Shown here one piece after another: positions 20,311-29,986 of a stretch of DNA of 64,000 nucleotides. The DNA lies in assembly GCA_000092065.1 (NCBI GenBank), contig CP000586.1. One strand, 5' to 3'. The position numbers were made by a program, and so were the translations under genes. The notes under the pieces were generated by a model. The model had not been told where the DNA came from, searched no databases, and was given only the letters and a program-made list of their open reading frames with translations. Positions within the stretch are counted from its first letter, which is position 1. Each line of letters begins with the position of its first letter. The stretch is from Ostreococcus lucimarinus. Its lineage: Eukaryota.

Positions 20311-21456
20311 ATGCCCACGTCACCGCTCGCCGATCGCGCGCCGCTGAGCGACGCCGACGCGAACGCGAACGCGAACGATGATGGATTCATGAGCCACGCG
20401 CCGCGCGCCATCAAATTACGAAACGTCGCGACGCACCACCCGGTGCGTAAACTCGGCCCGAGCACGGGCGTCGAGGCGATCTTGGGCGGTGATGAAAACG
20501 CGCCGTTCGCGCAGAACGCGCAGAGGAAGTGGAACGAGAACCGGGCGAGACAGCACGCGGGGGCGAATCTGTTCGGCGCGGCGTCGCCGGCGAAGCGAGA
20601 CGCGCGAGAGGAAAGAATCAAAGATGCGAATGGGAAACTCGCGGACGTCGGCGCGAGGTACGACATCGTGAGCGCGAAGACGTTAACGCTGCAAGAGTTG
20701 AGACAGGCGTGCCGGGCGCGAGGGGTGAATCCTGGGGGAAGTAAGGATGCGCTGTGCGAACGGTTGGAGGACGCGATAAAGGCGGGCGCGCCGCCGCTGA
20801 CGTTAGATTCGAGACCGACGACGCAACGAAGTGCGATTGGAGCGGGTGCGCGATTTACGAGTAAGGCGTGCGAAGTGCGGGCGCCGTCGATGGCGCAGCG
20901 CGAACTGCGCGAGTCGCAACAGATTTGGCGAAGCCAGCAAAACGGACACGACATCTTCGGGACGTCCTTCGGCGACGCGGAGACAAAGAAGCGGAAAGTC
21001 GTCGAGGGACCGAAGACGACGTTTTCATTCGAAGCCATCACGCAGTCGTACGTCGACGAGGGCGCTGTCGCGACGAAGGAGGCCGACGTCGCGCCCAAGC
21101 GTGCGAAGCGCGAAGCGCCGGCTTCCACGAATCCCATCACCGACGCCTTCGTTGAAGCGCCCAAGGCGGAGGTCGAGACGATGGCGGACCATCGCAAATC
21201 GGCGTGGTCGAATTTCCAAGGCGCGGGTTTGTTCTCCGAACACTGGACGACCGCGGAAGACGAAGCAGCGGCCGACGAGGCGCTCGTGAAATCATCCACC
21301 ACCGAAACCGGCGCGTGGAAGACGCTCGAAGAAGAGCAAGACGAGCAGGACGAAGACGAGGCCGAGGCCATCGCCGAGCGCGAGGCCGACGAAGCCGTCG
21401 CGGCGGCAGAGCGCGAGTTAGCCGAAGAGCTCGCTCGCGAAGAGCAATCCGACTAG
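20311..21456 (+). CDS. SAP-domain-containing protein (acidic C-terminus)
   Basis: The SAP motif is LTLQELRQACRARGVNPGGSKDALCERLEDAIKAG. The C-terminal tail is strongly acidic with Glu-rich repeats. The listed start 20224 is TTG; the first ATG is at 20311 (MPTSPLADRAPL…). TAG is at 21454-21456. Confidence 0.6.
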   Translation: MPTSPLADRAPLSDADANANANDDGFMSHAPRAIKLRNVATHHPVRKLGPSTGVEAILGGDENAPFAQNAQRKWNENRARQHAGANLFGAASPAKRDAREERIKDANGKLADVGARYDIVSAKTLTLQELRQACRARGVNPGGSKDALCERLEDAIKAGAPPLTLDSRPTTQRSAIGAGARFTSKACEVRAPSMAQRELRESQQIWRSQQNGHDIFGTSFGDAETKKRKVVEGPKTTFSFEAITQSYVDEGAVATKEADVAPKRAKREAPASTNPITDAFVEAPKAEVETMADHRKSAWSNFQGAGLFSEHWTTAEDEAAADEALVKSSTTETGAWKTLEEEQDEQDEDEAEAIAEREADEAVAAAERELAEELAREEQSD

Positions 21457-21785
21457 CGGCGGCCGAGCGCAAGTGAGCTTAAGAGCTCGCGAGCCTAAGA
21501 GCTCGCTCGCGAAGAGCCATCCGACGCGTCGGCGCCGAACGCTCGCGACTTCGTCTCGCCGCACGCGCGCGCGAGCCGACACACGCCGAAACGCCCTTCG
21601 TCGCGCGTTCTTTTTCATGTAATCTCATCGTCACCGACTCACGCGTCTCGCGCCCTCCCGTCGCGATCCGTCATCCGCGCCGTCTCTCGCGCCGCGCCTC
21701 CGCCCGGCGCCTCGGCGCGGTGCTTTTTGAGATCCATCGTCATCCGCACATCGACGCCCGCGCCCCCCACGCGCGCGAGCGCGCG

Positions 21786-22991
21786 ATGAAGATCAAGTGC
21801 GGTCAGTGCGGAGAGGTGTTCGCGGACATCGCGCGCGCGAAATCGCACGGCGCGACGACCGGACACGACAGTTTCGAAGCCGCGAACGATGACGATGCGA
21901 CCGCGACCGCGACGGCACACGCGACGAACGCGACGCCCGTCGACGGTGACGCCGCGCCGGACGCGGTGAAAGAAGACGCGACGACGCGCGATGAGGCGTC
22001 GACGCTGAAAGAACCGAGCGTGCGCGAGGATTTATTGCAAGAATTGACGGAATTGATGGGATTCGGGAGAAACAAAGCCGTGCGCGCGTTGTACTACTCG
22101 AAGGCGGATTCCGCGGAACGGGCGATCGATTGGATAGAGCGACACGAAGACGATGCGGACGTGAACGAACCGTTGTTGGTGGAAGATGAAGGCTTGAAGG
22201 CGCGAGAGGTGAAGACGGTGAGTAAGATGACGCCGGAGGAAGCCAAGGCAAAGGCGGACGAGTTGCGTAGAAACGCGGCCGCTAAAAAGGCGGAGCGGTT
22301 GTTGGAGGAGAAGGAGATGGAACGACTGCGAGAGCAAGAACGGATCCGGAGCGGGAAAGAATTGTTGGAGGCGAAGAAGTTGGAAGATGATCTCAGTTTG
22401 AAGCGAAATGCCGAGCAGAGGGCGGCGGAGAAGGCGGAGATGGATCGAGCGCGCGCCGCGATTCGCGTGAAAATCGACGAAGACAGACGAGAGCGTCGAC
22501 GAAAGCTCGGATTGCCGGAGGAGTTATCGCCCGAGGAGATGGAGGAGGAGCGTCAACGCGAGGAGGCGCGTGCGCAGGCGGCGCAAGAGGAGATAGCTCG
22601 CAAGGCTGCGGCGGGGATGTACGTCAAACCGGTTTCGAAATTGGAAAATTTACGCAAGCACTTGGTGGACATTAAAAAGGCGTTCGCCGAAGACGCCGAC
22701 GCCGTGACGACGTGCTTTAAGACGCTGTTGACGTACCTCGGCAACATCGCCCGCGATCCGAGCGAAGAAAAGTATCGCTCTATCAAGCTCTCCAACGCCG
22801 CGTTTCAAAAGCGCGTCGCCGCCGTGGGGGGCGAAATCTATCTCTTGGAATTTGGTTTCGTCGAAACTGTCGACGACGCCGGAGAAAAGCGTCTCGTGTT
22901 ACCGCGCGACGGCGCCGACCCGGTGTTATTGCGCACCGCGGGCGAGGAGCTTCACGGCGCGATTGAGAATCCATTCTTTGGCGCGCTTTAG
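21786..22991 (+). CDS. UBA- and PUB(PUG)-domain protein with N-terminal C2H2-like zinc finger (putative Cdc48/p97 adaptor)
   Basis: The ATG at 21786 begins MKIKCGQCGEVFADIARAKSHGATTGH, a C2H2-type finger. A UBA domain follows (EDLLQELTELMGFGRNKAVRALYYSKADSAERAIDWIERH), then a long charged coiled-coil. The C-terminal PUB domain reads …TLLTYLGNIARDPSEEKYRSIKLSNAAFQKRVAAVGGEIYLLEFGF…. The listed start 21720 is GTG. Confidence 0.65.
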   Translation: MKIKCGQCGEVFADIARAKSHGATTGHDSFEAANDDDATATATAHATNATPVDGDAAPDAVKEDATTRDEASTLKEPSVREDLLQELTELMGFGRNKAVRALYYSKADSAERAIDWIERHEDDADVNEPLLVEDEGLKAREVKTVSKMTPEEAKAKADELRRNAAAKKAERLLEEKEMERLREQERIRSGKELLEAKKLEDDLSLKRNAEQRAAEKAEMDRARAAIRVKIDEDRRERRRKLGLPEELSPEEMEEERQREEARAQAAQEEIARKAAAGMYVKPVSKLENLRKHLVDIKKAFAEDADAVTTCFKTLLTYLGNIARDPSEEKYRSIKLSNAAFQKRVAAVGGEIYLLEFGFVETVDDAGEKRLVLPRDGADPVLLRTAGEELHGAIENPFFGAL

Positions 22992-23136
22992 CCACGATAT
23001 TCCGTATCTCTTGAAATGAAACACCGACCACATTCGTTCCTTCGTCGGCGTTCGGTTCGCCGCGCTCTCCGGCGCCTCATTCTCCAGCGCGCGACGACGA
23101 CCGCGACCGCGCCGCCGCGCGTCGCCGCGTCGATCG

Positions 23137-24063
23137 ATGGCGCGGAAGAAGACAAAGAAGCGTCCGGTCATCGCGCGCGACGACGTCGAGTCGCGCGCGA
23201 CGCTCAAAAGCGACGATGAAACGGAAGATTACGACGACGCGGATTCGTCGCCCGCGCGCGTTCCGAACGGCGTGGACGCCTCGCGCGTCGCGTTCGGCGC
23301 GCGGGCGTCGCCGTCGCGCGTCCGAGGCGAAGACGAAGGACCGGTGAAGCTGTGCGTCACGGTGCGGCCGCAGGTCGTCGTCGACGACGACGAAGCGTCG
23401 ATGCGGATAGATATTTTAGAAGAGGTCGTGGAGGATTTGAAGCTCGAGCTCGACGGGTACCGAGCGGCGGCGCGGGAGTTGGCGATCGAGATCGAGGCGA
23501 AGGATAGAGCGCTCGAGGCGAGCGCGAGGGACACGCGACACGAAAAGACGGAGGGACGCGCGCTGGCCGTGCGCGAGGCCACGGCGAGATTGACGGATAG
23601 ATTGGAAAAGGCGGAGAAAGCGGTCGAGCGCGAACGCGGGGATGGCGATCGAGGACGCAAAGCTTTGGAGACGCTGAAGAAAATGGAAGCCGAACTCGAG
23701 CGGCGGATGTGCGACCAAGACGAGGCGTTCGAGCTCAAGTGGGCGCAGCGCGTGGCGGAGGCTAACGCCGATCGAGACGCGTTTCGTGGTAAACTCGCCA
23801 AGCTGGAGGGCGAGATGGAGACGGTTAAAATCTCGGAAGAACGCGCTCGGAGCGAATTGGTTTCGGCGAAACGTCAAATCGACGAGTTACAGCTCCGTCT
23901 AGCCCGAGCGCTTTCCGCGCCCGCACCGCGCGGAAACGAGCGCACGGACGATCCACGCGACGTCGTCGACGACGACGCGTCGAAACCTCGTCGTGGTTTC
24001 TTTTCCTTCATCACGGGCGTGCCCGAGGCGCCGAAATCGGACCGTCCCGTCGTCGACGCCTAG
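23137..24063 (+). CDS. hypothetical coiled-coil protein
   Basis: ATG at 23137 begins MARKKTKKRPV…. About 150 aa are heptad-rich charged sequence (…DLKLELDGYRAAARELAIEIEAKDRALEASARD…KLAKLEGEMETVKISEERARSELVSAKRQIDELQLRLA…). TAG is at 24061-24063. No family was assigned. Confidence 0.5.
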   Translation: MARKKTKKRPVIARDDVESRATLKSDDETEDYDDADSSPARVPNGVDASRVAFGARASPSRVRGEDEGPVKLCVTVRPQVVVDDDEASMRIDILEEVVEDLKLELDGYRAAARELAIEIEAKDRALEASARDTRHEKTEGRALAVREATARLTDRLEKAEKAVERERGDGDRGRKALETLKKMEAELERRMCDQDEAFELKWAQRVAEANADRDAFRGKLAKLEGEMETVKISEERARSELVSAKRQIDELQLRLARALSAPAPRGNERTDDPRDVVDDDASKPRRGFFSFITGVPEAPKSDRPVVDA

Positions 24064-24305
24064 CCCGCGCCGTCTCGACGTTCAACCCATCGCAACGCAT
24101 CACAGACACCGACGACCGACGCGTATTAATCCATGCATCCGCCCACGCGTCTCGCGCCCGATCGCTCGCGCGCGCGGCGCCCCGCGTCCCGGTCTTCGTC
24201 TCTCGCGCGTCGCGTCGATTTAAATCAGTTGGGACAGCCGCGCGCGCGGGCCATCGCACTTGACCGTCATTCCTCGACGCGCCTCGCGCGCCGTCGCGCG
24301 CGCCG

Positions 24306-27176
24306 ATGACCGAGACCGCGCTCGTCATCGCGCGGACGCCCGCGGATAAGTACCGCGTGCGAGCGTGCGCGCAATGCGACAGAAAAGGCGACGCACTCGC
24401 GATTCATTGGCGACGCGGGCACGACCCATCGTCCGCGCTGTTCGGGAAGGATCTGTGCGATAAGTGCGGTAAAGCCGAGAGCCGACGGTTGGTGAAGGAG
24501 CGAGGCGCGGTCCCGCGCGTGGTGTTTCGAGGAACGACGGACGGCGCGACGAGGGCGCCGAGGGCGTCGGGGAAGACGTCGGGGACGAGACGACGAAGGG
24601 CGCCGGCGGTTGGCGGAGAGAAGACGCCGCCGGCGAAGGCGAGATCGCGACCGGAGACGAAGCTCGGCGCTAAGAAAGCGGTGAGAAAGGCGAAGACGTC
24701 GCACGCTGGGTTGGGGTCGATCGCGGTGGTGCGTGAAAAGCTGAGACAATTGGCGACGGAGGAACCGTATTACGCGTGCGAATCCTGGCGGCGAACGCCG
24801 TACGACATCACTCCGTACGATGTGCTGCCGGATGGTGCGTACGTCGCGGGCGTCGGTGTCGAAGATGAGGACGCGAAAGTGTTGTTTGATCGGTTGAACA
24901 CGTCGGTGAGGGATGGATGGACGGATTACGTGCCCGTGAGCGTGAGCGACGGGACCGCGGCGGCGGCGACGGGACAGCAACCGTCGATGAAGGCGCACAG
25001 TGGACTGGAATTAGATTTGTCCACGGAGAAGTTGCGCACGCCGTTGCGTTTGGGGGTGGATGTGGAGGAAAGATCGCTGTGGGGGATGGATTGTTTCACG
25101 CGCGAAGCGATTTTGGCCAGCATATCTGGGGTGACGTGGTACGCGGGCGACGAGAATCGGCCCAGGCGAGTGGAGTATTTGCAACAGCGATTTCTACCGA
25201 AGTTGCACACGCTCGGCGCTGATGGCTGGGATGCGTCGCGTGTGGCGCAGTGCGTGCTCGATGATGCGATAAAGAATGGTGAGAAACACACGGCGATGGC
25301 TTCGCGCGCGTTGCTGAGAGTTATTGCGGAGTGCGACGACGACTACGCCCGGGCGCCGGCGCCGAAAAAGAAGAAGGCAAACTCTACGACGACTACGGGA
25401 GAAGTCAAGGCGGAGGATCATACAGAAGAAATCGTCGAATCCCATGATCCGCGCGCTAGGCGCGAGAGATTTCGAATCCATCCCAAAGGTACGGGTGTGG
25501 TATGCATAAATCCCAACGGCTTGAAGGCGGGTACGTTCGTGAATCACTACATCGGTGAAATTTATTCGCCGTGGAAGTGGTACGAACGGCAAGACGCCAT
25601 AAAAAAGTGTTACCCCGGCATGGAGCTTCCCTCGTTCTTCAACATCACGCTGGAGCGTCCGCCGCACGATGATCGTGGGCGGCACGTCAGCTTCGTCGAA
25701 GCGATGCACAAAGGCTGCTTTGCGTCGCGGCTTTCGCACTCGTGCGAACCGAATTGTCAAACGGTGACGTTCGCAAAGGGAGGCAAGCTTACCCTCGGTA
25801 TGTTCACCACGCAAGACATCGCGTACGGCGAAGAGATGACGTGGGACTATAGTTGCATCACCGAAAGCGCCGAGGAATACCGTACTGGATTTTGTCTGTG
25901 CTCGTCTCCAACGTGCCGAGGTTCGTTCCTCACGTATTCGGGCTCGGGCGCGTTCACGGCGGTGGTGAACAAAAAGCACGCATTTTTACATCGCAACGCC
26001 ATACTTTTCAAGGCGAGCACGTCTGCGTTGACGAATGTTGATCGTAAGATGCTACATGACAGCGGTATCCGCGAATGTGCGCTCGAACATTGTCCGGACT
26101 GGGTCGTCAAGTGGGCGGCGTTGACTCTCGAGTACATCAAGCTAGAGGAGAACGAACTCCCGAACGAGTTGATGAGCTTGCCCGCGACGCGTTTCGGTCG
26201 GTACAACGAACTCGGGGCAAAAAGCGAAGCAACTGGGGTGGCGGCAACGAGGATCACGAACCTTATCGTTACGCTCGATAAAATCCGGTACGTGTTGACG
26301 CGATCCGGACAGGAACGAGCTCCATTCTTTCGAGTTTTGACAGAGAGCGAAGTGATCGAGCACCTTTGGAGCGGTGACGAGTCCATATTACGACGAATCT
26401 TGCGCTCAATATTAGCCGGCGCAGGGGCGAAGAAAGGGTCAAATTCTGTTGGCAAGAGTCGATTAGTCATGGCGAAGATGCCAAAAACCGGCGACGCTCG
26501 CGTCGACGCGGCGATGAAAGCGATTCAGGAACGCATCGACATTGATGAACGACCGAAGACCGCTAGTGGTGCGTGTGAGTCAATGCTCGAGATTTGTACG
26601 ATTTTAAGGCGAATCGACGCGACTTTTTACGCGCAAGTGTCAGATTTGTTGTGGTTTTACGCCAACACTCGCAACTGGTTCACACACGCCAAGCTCGATA
26701 ACGTCATTTCGCCCGCGGTGAACATCGATGATGTGGCGAGCGTGATACCGACGACGCAGCGAAAGCACATCCCTAACGCATTCCGTGGTAACAGGGAGGC
26801 GATGCTGCAAAAACGGTACGGTGCTCTTTACGTATGGGGGCAGTTGGTGACGTGGTACAAGCAAACCATTTACAGTCCCGATTCTTCGCTCAGCGCCGAT
26901 CGTCGCGGGACTTTGTCGTTGCCAGATCCCGAGAGTTGTTGCAGCGCCGCGCCGTCGGCGTACGTGAACAAAGAGCGAAAGGAACTGTTCAAGGCTCTCC
27001 GCAAGAACAAGCATCAGTCTTGGCCGACGGCGACGTCGTGGAGTTTCAAAAATCCAGCCAAGGTGTACGGCTCACCGATGTTCGACGACGCGTTGCGAGA
27101 GATGTACCCGAAAGAGTACGCCTCGACCACGTCCTTCACCACTTTACTCGACAAGCACGAACGTCAGTCTATGTAG
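24306..27176 (+). CDS. SET-domain lysine methyltransferase with post-SET Cys cluster and N-terminal CxxC…CxxC zinc-binding motif
   Basis: The SET core is GTGVVCINPNGLKAGTFVNHYIGEIY…RLSHSCEPNCQTVTFAKGGKLTLGMFTTQDIAYGEEMTWDYSC. The post-SET region is FCLCSSPTCRGSF. The N-terminus has CAQCDRKGD…CDKCG. ATG is at 24306 and TAG at 27174-27176. Confidence 0.8.
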   Translation: MTETALVIARTPADKYRVRACAQCDRKGDALAIHWRRGHDPSSALFGKDLCDKCGKAESRRLVKERGAVPRVVFRGTTDGATRAPRASGKTSGTRRRRAPAVGGEKTPPAKARSRPETKLGAKKAVRKAKTSHAGLGSIAVVREKLRQLATEEPYYACESWRRTPYDITPYDVLPDGAYVAGVGVEDEDAKVLFDRLNTSVRDGWTDYVPVSVSDGTAAAATGQQPSMKAHSGLELDLSTEKLRTPLRLGVDVEERSLWGMDCFTREAILASISGVTWYAGDENRPRRVEYLQQRFLPKLHTLGADGWDASRVAQCVLDDAIKNGEKHTAMASRALLRVIAECDDDYARAPAPKKKKANSTTTTGEVKAEDHTEEIVESHDPRARRERFRIHPKGTGVVCINPNGLKAGTFVNHYIGEIYSPWKWYERQDAIKKCYPGMELPSFFNITLERPPHDDRGRHVSFVEAMHKGCFASRLSHSCEPNCQTVTFAKGGKLTLGMFTTQDIAYGEEMTWDYSCITESAEEYRTGFCLCSSPTCRGSFLTYSGSGAFTAVVNKKHAFLHRNAILFKASTSALTNVDRKMLHDSGIRECALEHCPDWVVKWAALTLEYIKLEENELPNELMSLPATRFGRYNELGAKSEATGVAATRITNLIVTLDKIRYVLTRSGQERAPFFRVLTESEVIEHLWSGDESILRRILRSILAGAGAKKGSNSVGKSRLVMAKMPKTGDARVDAAMKAIQERIDIDERPKTASGACESMLEICTILRRIDATFYAQVSDLLWFYANTRNWFTHAKLDNVISPAVNIDDVASVIPTTQRKHIPNAFRGNREAMLQKRYGALYVWGQLVTWYKQTIYSPDSSLSADRRGTLSLPDPESCCSAAPSAYVNKERKELFKALRKNKHQSWPTATSWSFKNPAKVYGSPMFDDALREMYPKEYASTTSFTTLLDKHERQSM

Positions 27177-27306
27177 GTGACATGCGCCGCGCGTAACCTT
27201 TGCTTAGTTTGTATCGACTTCACGCGCGTCGATTCCCCGCGTCTCGCCCCGTCGCACTCGCCGTCGAGACGCGCGCCGCACACTCCCGCGCGCGACGACG
27301 CGCGAG

Positions 27307-28155
27307 ATGTCGTTTCATCCCAAGCCCGACGTCCCGGACGCGCTGGAGAGAGTCTCGCGATGCGATATCCTGATCGCCCCCGCGCCTGGGACGTGCGGGA
27401 ACGTGGGTCAGCTCGCGTGCGATGTCTTGGCGCTCAACCTGAATCTTTCGCGCGTCGGCGTCCTCGACTTCGAACACTTGATCCCGGTGTGTGGCCGCGA
27501 TGCGCTGTACGATGACGTCGGGGATGGTGACGTCGCGGGCGCTTTGGCGTGCGCGTGCGAGGTGTACGTCGGAGAAGTGGACTTCGCGGCGGACGCGAAG
27601 GCGCGGGAAACGCGAACCGTCGTCGTCGCGCAGATCCGCAGCGACGCCAACATCGGTGCGCGACGATTATTTTGCGAAGAGTACGTCAACTTTTTGACGA
27701 CATTTACTCATCCCGAGCGCGTGGTGCTGCTGTCGAGCTTACCGTCGACGTACGGCGCGAGCGCGGCGCAAATCGGCGGGACGAAGTGGCGGCGGTTCGG
27801 CGGCGACGATGACTTCAAGTCCATGTGCGCCGCGAACGAATTGATCGAGCTCGAAAAAAATGTGTATCCACCTTCCGAAGAGATCGCGGAGTCCGTGGAC
27901 CCGCACTGGGCGCTCGTGGATACGATAGGAACGAACACGCGCGTGGGGTGCGTCGTGGCGGTGTGCAGCGAGGGCGACAACAGCGTCGACGGCGCGGGGA
28001 TGGCGCTTGCGGCGGCGCGCGCGTGTGGGATAGATGTAGGTACAGAACCGAAGGCGCCGATTCCTGGAGCGACGTACATCGGGCCGTGGCGCGTGCCGCG
28101 ATCTTGGGAAGGCGCGTTCGGGTTGCGAGAAGTTAGCCGCGACATGTTCTCGTAG
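27307..28155 (+). CDS. PSMG2: proteasome assembly chaperone 2 (PSMG2/PAC2)
   Basis: Blocks align with human PSMG2: LIAPAPGTCGNVGQLACDVLALNL (LLMPAVSVGNVGQLAIDLIISTL), VVAQIRS (VVLQLRS), VVLLSS (IIVLSS), VCSEGDNSVDGAGMA (FVSEGDNIPDALSL) and PWRVPRSWEGAFG (PWKIPSSWRLLFG). The protein is 282 aa with ATG at 27307 and TAG at 28153-28155. Confidence 0.8.
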   Translation: MSFHPKPDVPDALERVSRCDILIAPAPGTCGNVGQLACDVLALNLNLSRVGVLDFEHLIPVCGRDALYDDVGDGDVAGALACACEVYVGEVDFAADAKARETRTVVVAQIRSDANIGARRLFCEEYVNFLTTFTHPERVVLLSSLPSTYGASAAQIGGTKWRRFGGDDDFKSMCAANELIELEKNVYPPSEEIAESVDPHWALVDTIGTNTRVGCVVAVCSEGDNSVDGAGMALAAARACGIDVGTEPKAPIPGATYIGPWRVPRSWEGAFGLREVSRDMFS

Positions 28156-28198
28156 ACGGATGTCATTTTCAATGTGCTGTTGTTACACGGAACGCATC

Positions 28199-29182
28199 CT
28201 AATCGTTACCGACGCGCAAGCTTTGCACGAGTTTCACGTACCCTGGCTCGTCCGGGGTGATAAAACCGTGCCGCACGCAAAAATCGATGATCACGAGGCA
28301 GCAGTTTGGCTTGAAGTCCTCCGTTGTCGCCATGATGTCGATCACTTTGGAAATTTCGTATCGCTCGAAACTTTCCACCTCGCCGTCGTCTGGAGTCGGC
28401 ACGAAATCCAGCGGGAGCTCTAAATCGTAGCAGAACAGCACGTCTCGCTTGCAGCAACCCTGGTAATTCATCGAATAACTCACCGCGCCGACCGCCGTGG
28501 CGTTCTTTGCCAACGACTCGGGCACGCTCGCCTCCTCTCCGCACTCCTTGACGACGCACACGCTCGGAGGCATGCCGTCGGGCAATCCTCCGGCGACGAG
28601 GTGATCGAGCTTGGAAGGAAACGTTTGTTTGTTCTTCGCTCGCTTCCCTACCCACAGCTCTTTGGTGCCGTCCGGTAACGTCACGAACCCGTTCACGTGG
28701 ACGCCGTACGCTCGCACGCCCAAGAGCGACGCCGCCGCGCGTTCGACGCGCAACAACGGCGGCACGCCGTACCCCATCGTGACGGGAAAAATCTCATCCC
28801 GCCAACCCGTGATGACGCCCTTATCTCTCAGCGCCTCCAGCGCCGGTCGCAGCGCGTCCGTGCGCTTATCCGGGGTATCCACCTCCCGCGCGAAAACCAC
28901 CGTCCCGCTCGCGTCCCGCTCGAGCGTCCCCGACCCGCTCGCGCCCAACAGCTCGTCCGCGAACCACGGCTGAAGCGCGCCCACGGCGTGACCGTCGACG
29001 ACGAAAGGCACGTATTTGGCGTGGTCCGCGGCGGTGATTTCGTTACACGCGTCCACGCGCGGCTGTAAACGCTCGGCGTTTGAGAGCGCGCGCGCCATCG
29101 CCGCGCGCGCGCGAGCGTTCGAAACGACGCACGCCGCGCGCCGCGTCAACACCGCGCCGCGCGCCGACGCGCCGCGCGACAT
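28199..29182 (-). CDS. Nudix hydrolase with N-terminal DUF4743-like domain (NUDT20/24 / yeast YJR142W-type; thiamine-metabolite pyrophosphatase family)
   Basis: The Nudix box is GGLPDGMPPSVCVVKECGEEASVPESL (GX5EX7REUXEEXGU-like), preceded by …AYGVHVNGFV…ELWVGKRAKNKQTFPSKLDHLVAGG. The ORF starts with GTG at 29299. I chose the first ATG at 29180-29182 (MSRGASARGAVLTRRAACV…, a basic presequence-like leader); a later Met is at 29098. TAG is at 28199-28201. Confidence 0.7.
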   Translation of the reverse strand: MSRGASARGAVLTRRAACVVSNARARAAMARALSNAERLQPRVDACNEITAADHAKYVPFVVDGHAVGALQPWFADELLGASGSGTLERDASGTVVFAREVDTPDKRTDALRPALEALRDKGVITGWRDEIFPVTMGYGVPPLLRVERAAASLLGVRAYGVHVNGFVTLPDGTKELWVGKRAKNKQTFPSKLDHLVAGGLPDGMPPSVCVVKECGEEASVPESLAKNATAVGAVSYSMNYQGCCKRDVLFCYDLELPLDFVPTPDDGEVESFERYEISKVIDIMATTEDFKPNCCLVIIDFCVRHGFITPDEPGYVKLVQSLRVGND

Positions 29183-29986
29183 GTGCGTCGTCCGACGTCG
29201 ACGCCGACGTCGAGTCGGCGTGTGCCGCGCGCGCGTCTCCTCGCGTCTTCGAATCATCCCTCGACGCGCGTCGCGCCGCCTCCGCGCGCCCGCGCGCACC
29301 GATCGAAATCACGCTTTTCTCACGCGTCGGCGCCTCCGCGCCGCATCGCTCGCATCGCCGGCGTCCAGAACGCTCGACACGCCGCGTCGACGCCCGCCGC
29401 GCTCACAAGCGTCCACGCCACCCCCCCCACGCACCCGTCCTCGCGCGCGTCCTCGTCCAGCCCGAACGACAGCCACTTCCCCATCGGCCACGCGCACGCG
29501 CTCGGCAGCGCGAACATCACCGCGCGCGCGTTCGCGCCCACGAACGCCAGTCCGCAGACCGCCTTCATCGCGCTCGCCCCGTGCGCGCATCGCAGCGCCG
29601 CGCGCGTCGCCGGCGTCCGCCTCGCCTCGAGCGCCGCGAGTCGCGCGCGTAATTTTTCCACCCGTCGTTCGTACGTCGCGTCGGCGCGCGACGCGCGTCG
29701 CGCGAGCGACCGCGACGCCCGCGCGATCGCGCGCTGCAGCGCGAGCAACGGTTCGAGGTCGAAGCGACGCGTCAGCGCGTGCTTGGCGCAGTCGACGACG
29801 ACGAAGGCGACCAAGATCGTCCACGGGCTCGACGCGAGCGCGCGCGCGGTATTTTCACCCATCGAACGAACGCGCGCGCGTAAACGCGTCGCGGTCGGAC
29901 GCGCGTCGAGCCGGCGACGATTCGATGATCGGATGGATGCGCCAACACTAACTAATGGACGAATGCGCGGGTCGCGTCGCCACACC

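Noticed and set aside
20076-21371. 431-aa minus-strand Ser/Ala-rich ORF
   Set aside because: It is antisense to the SAP-domain gene and low-complexity.
24360-24480. GATA-type zinc finger in the SET-domain protein N-terminus
   Set aside because: The Cys-x2-Cys pairs are separated by about 26 residues, not the 17-20 of GATA fingers.
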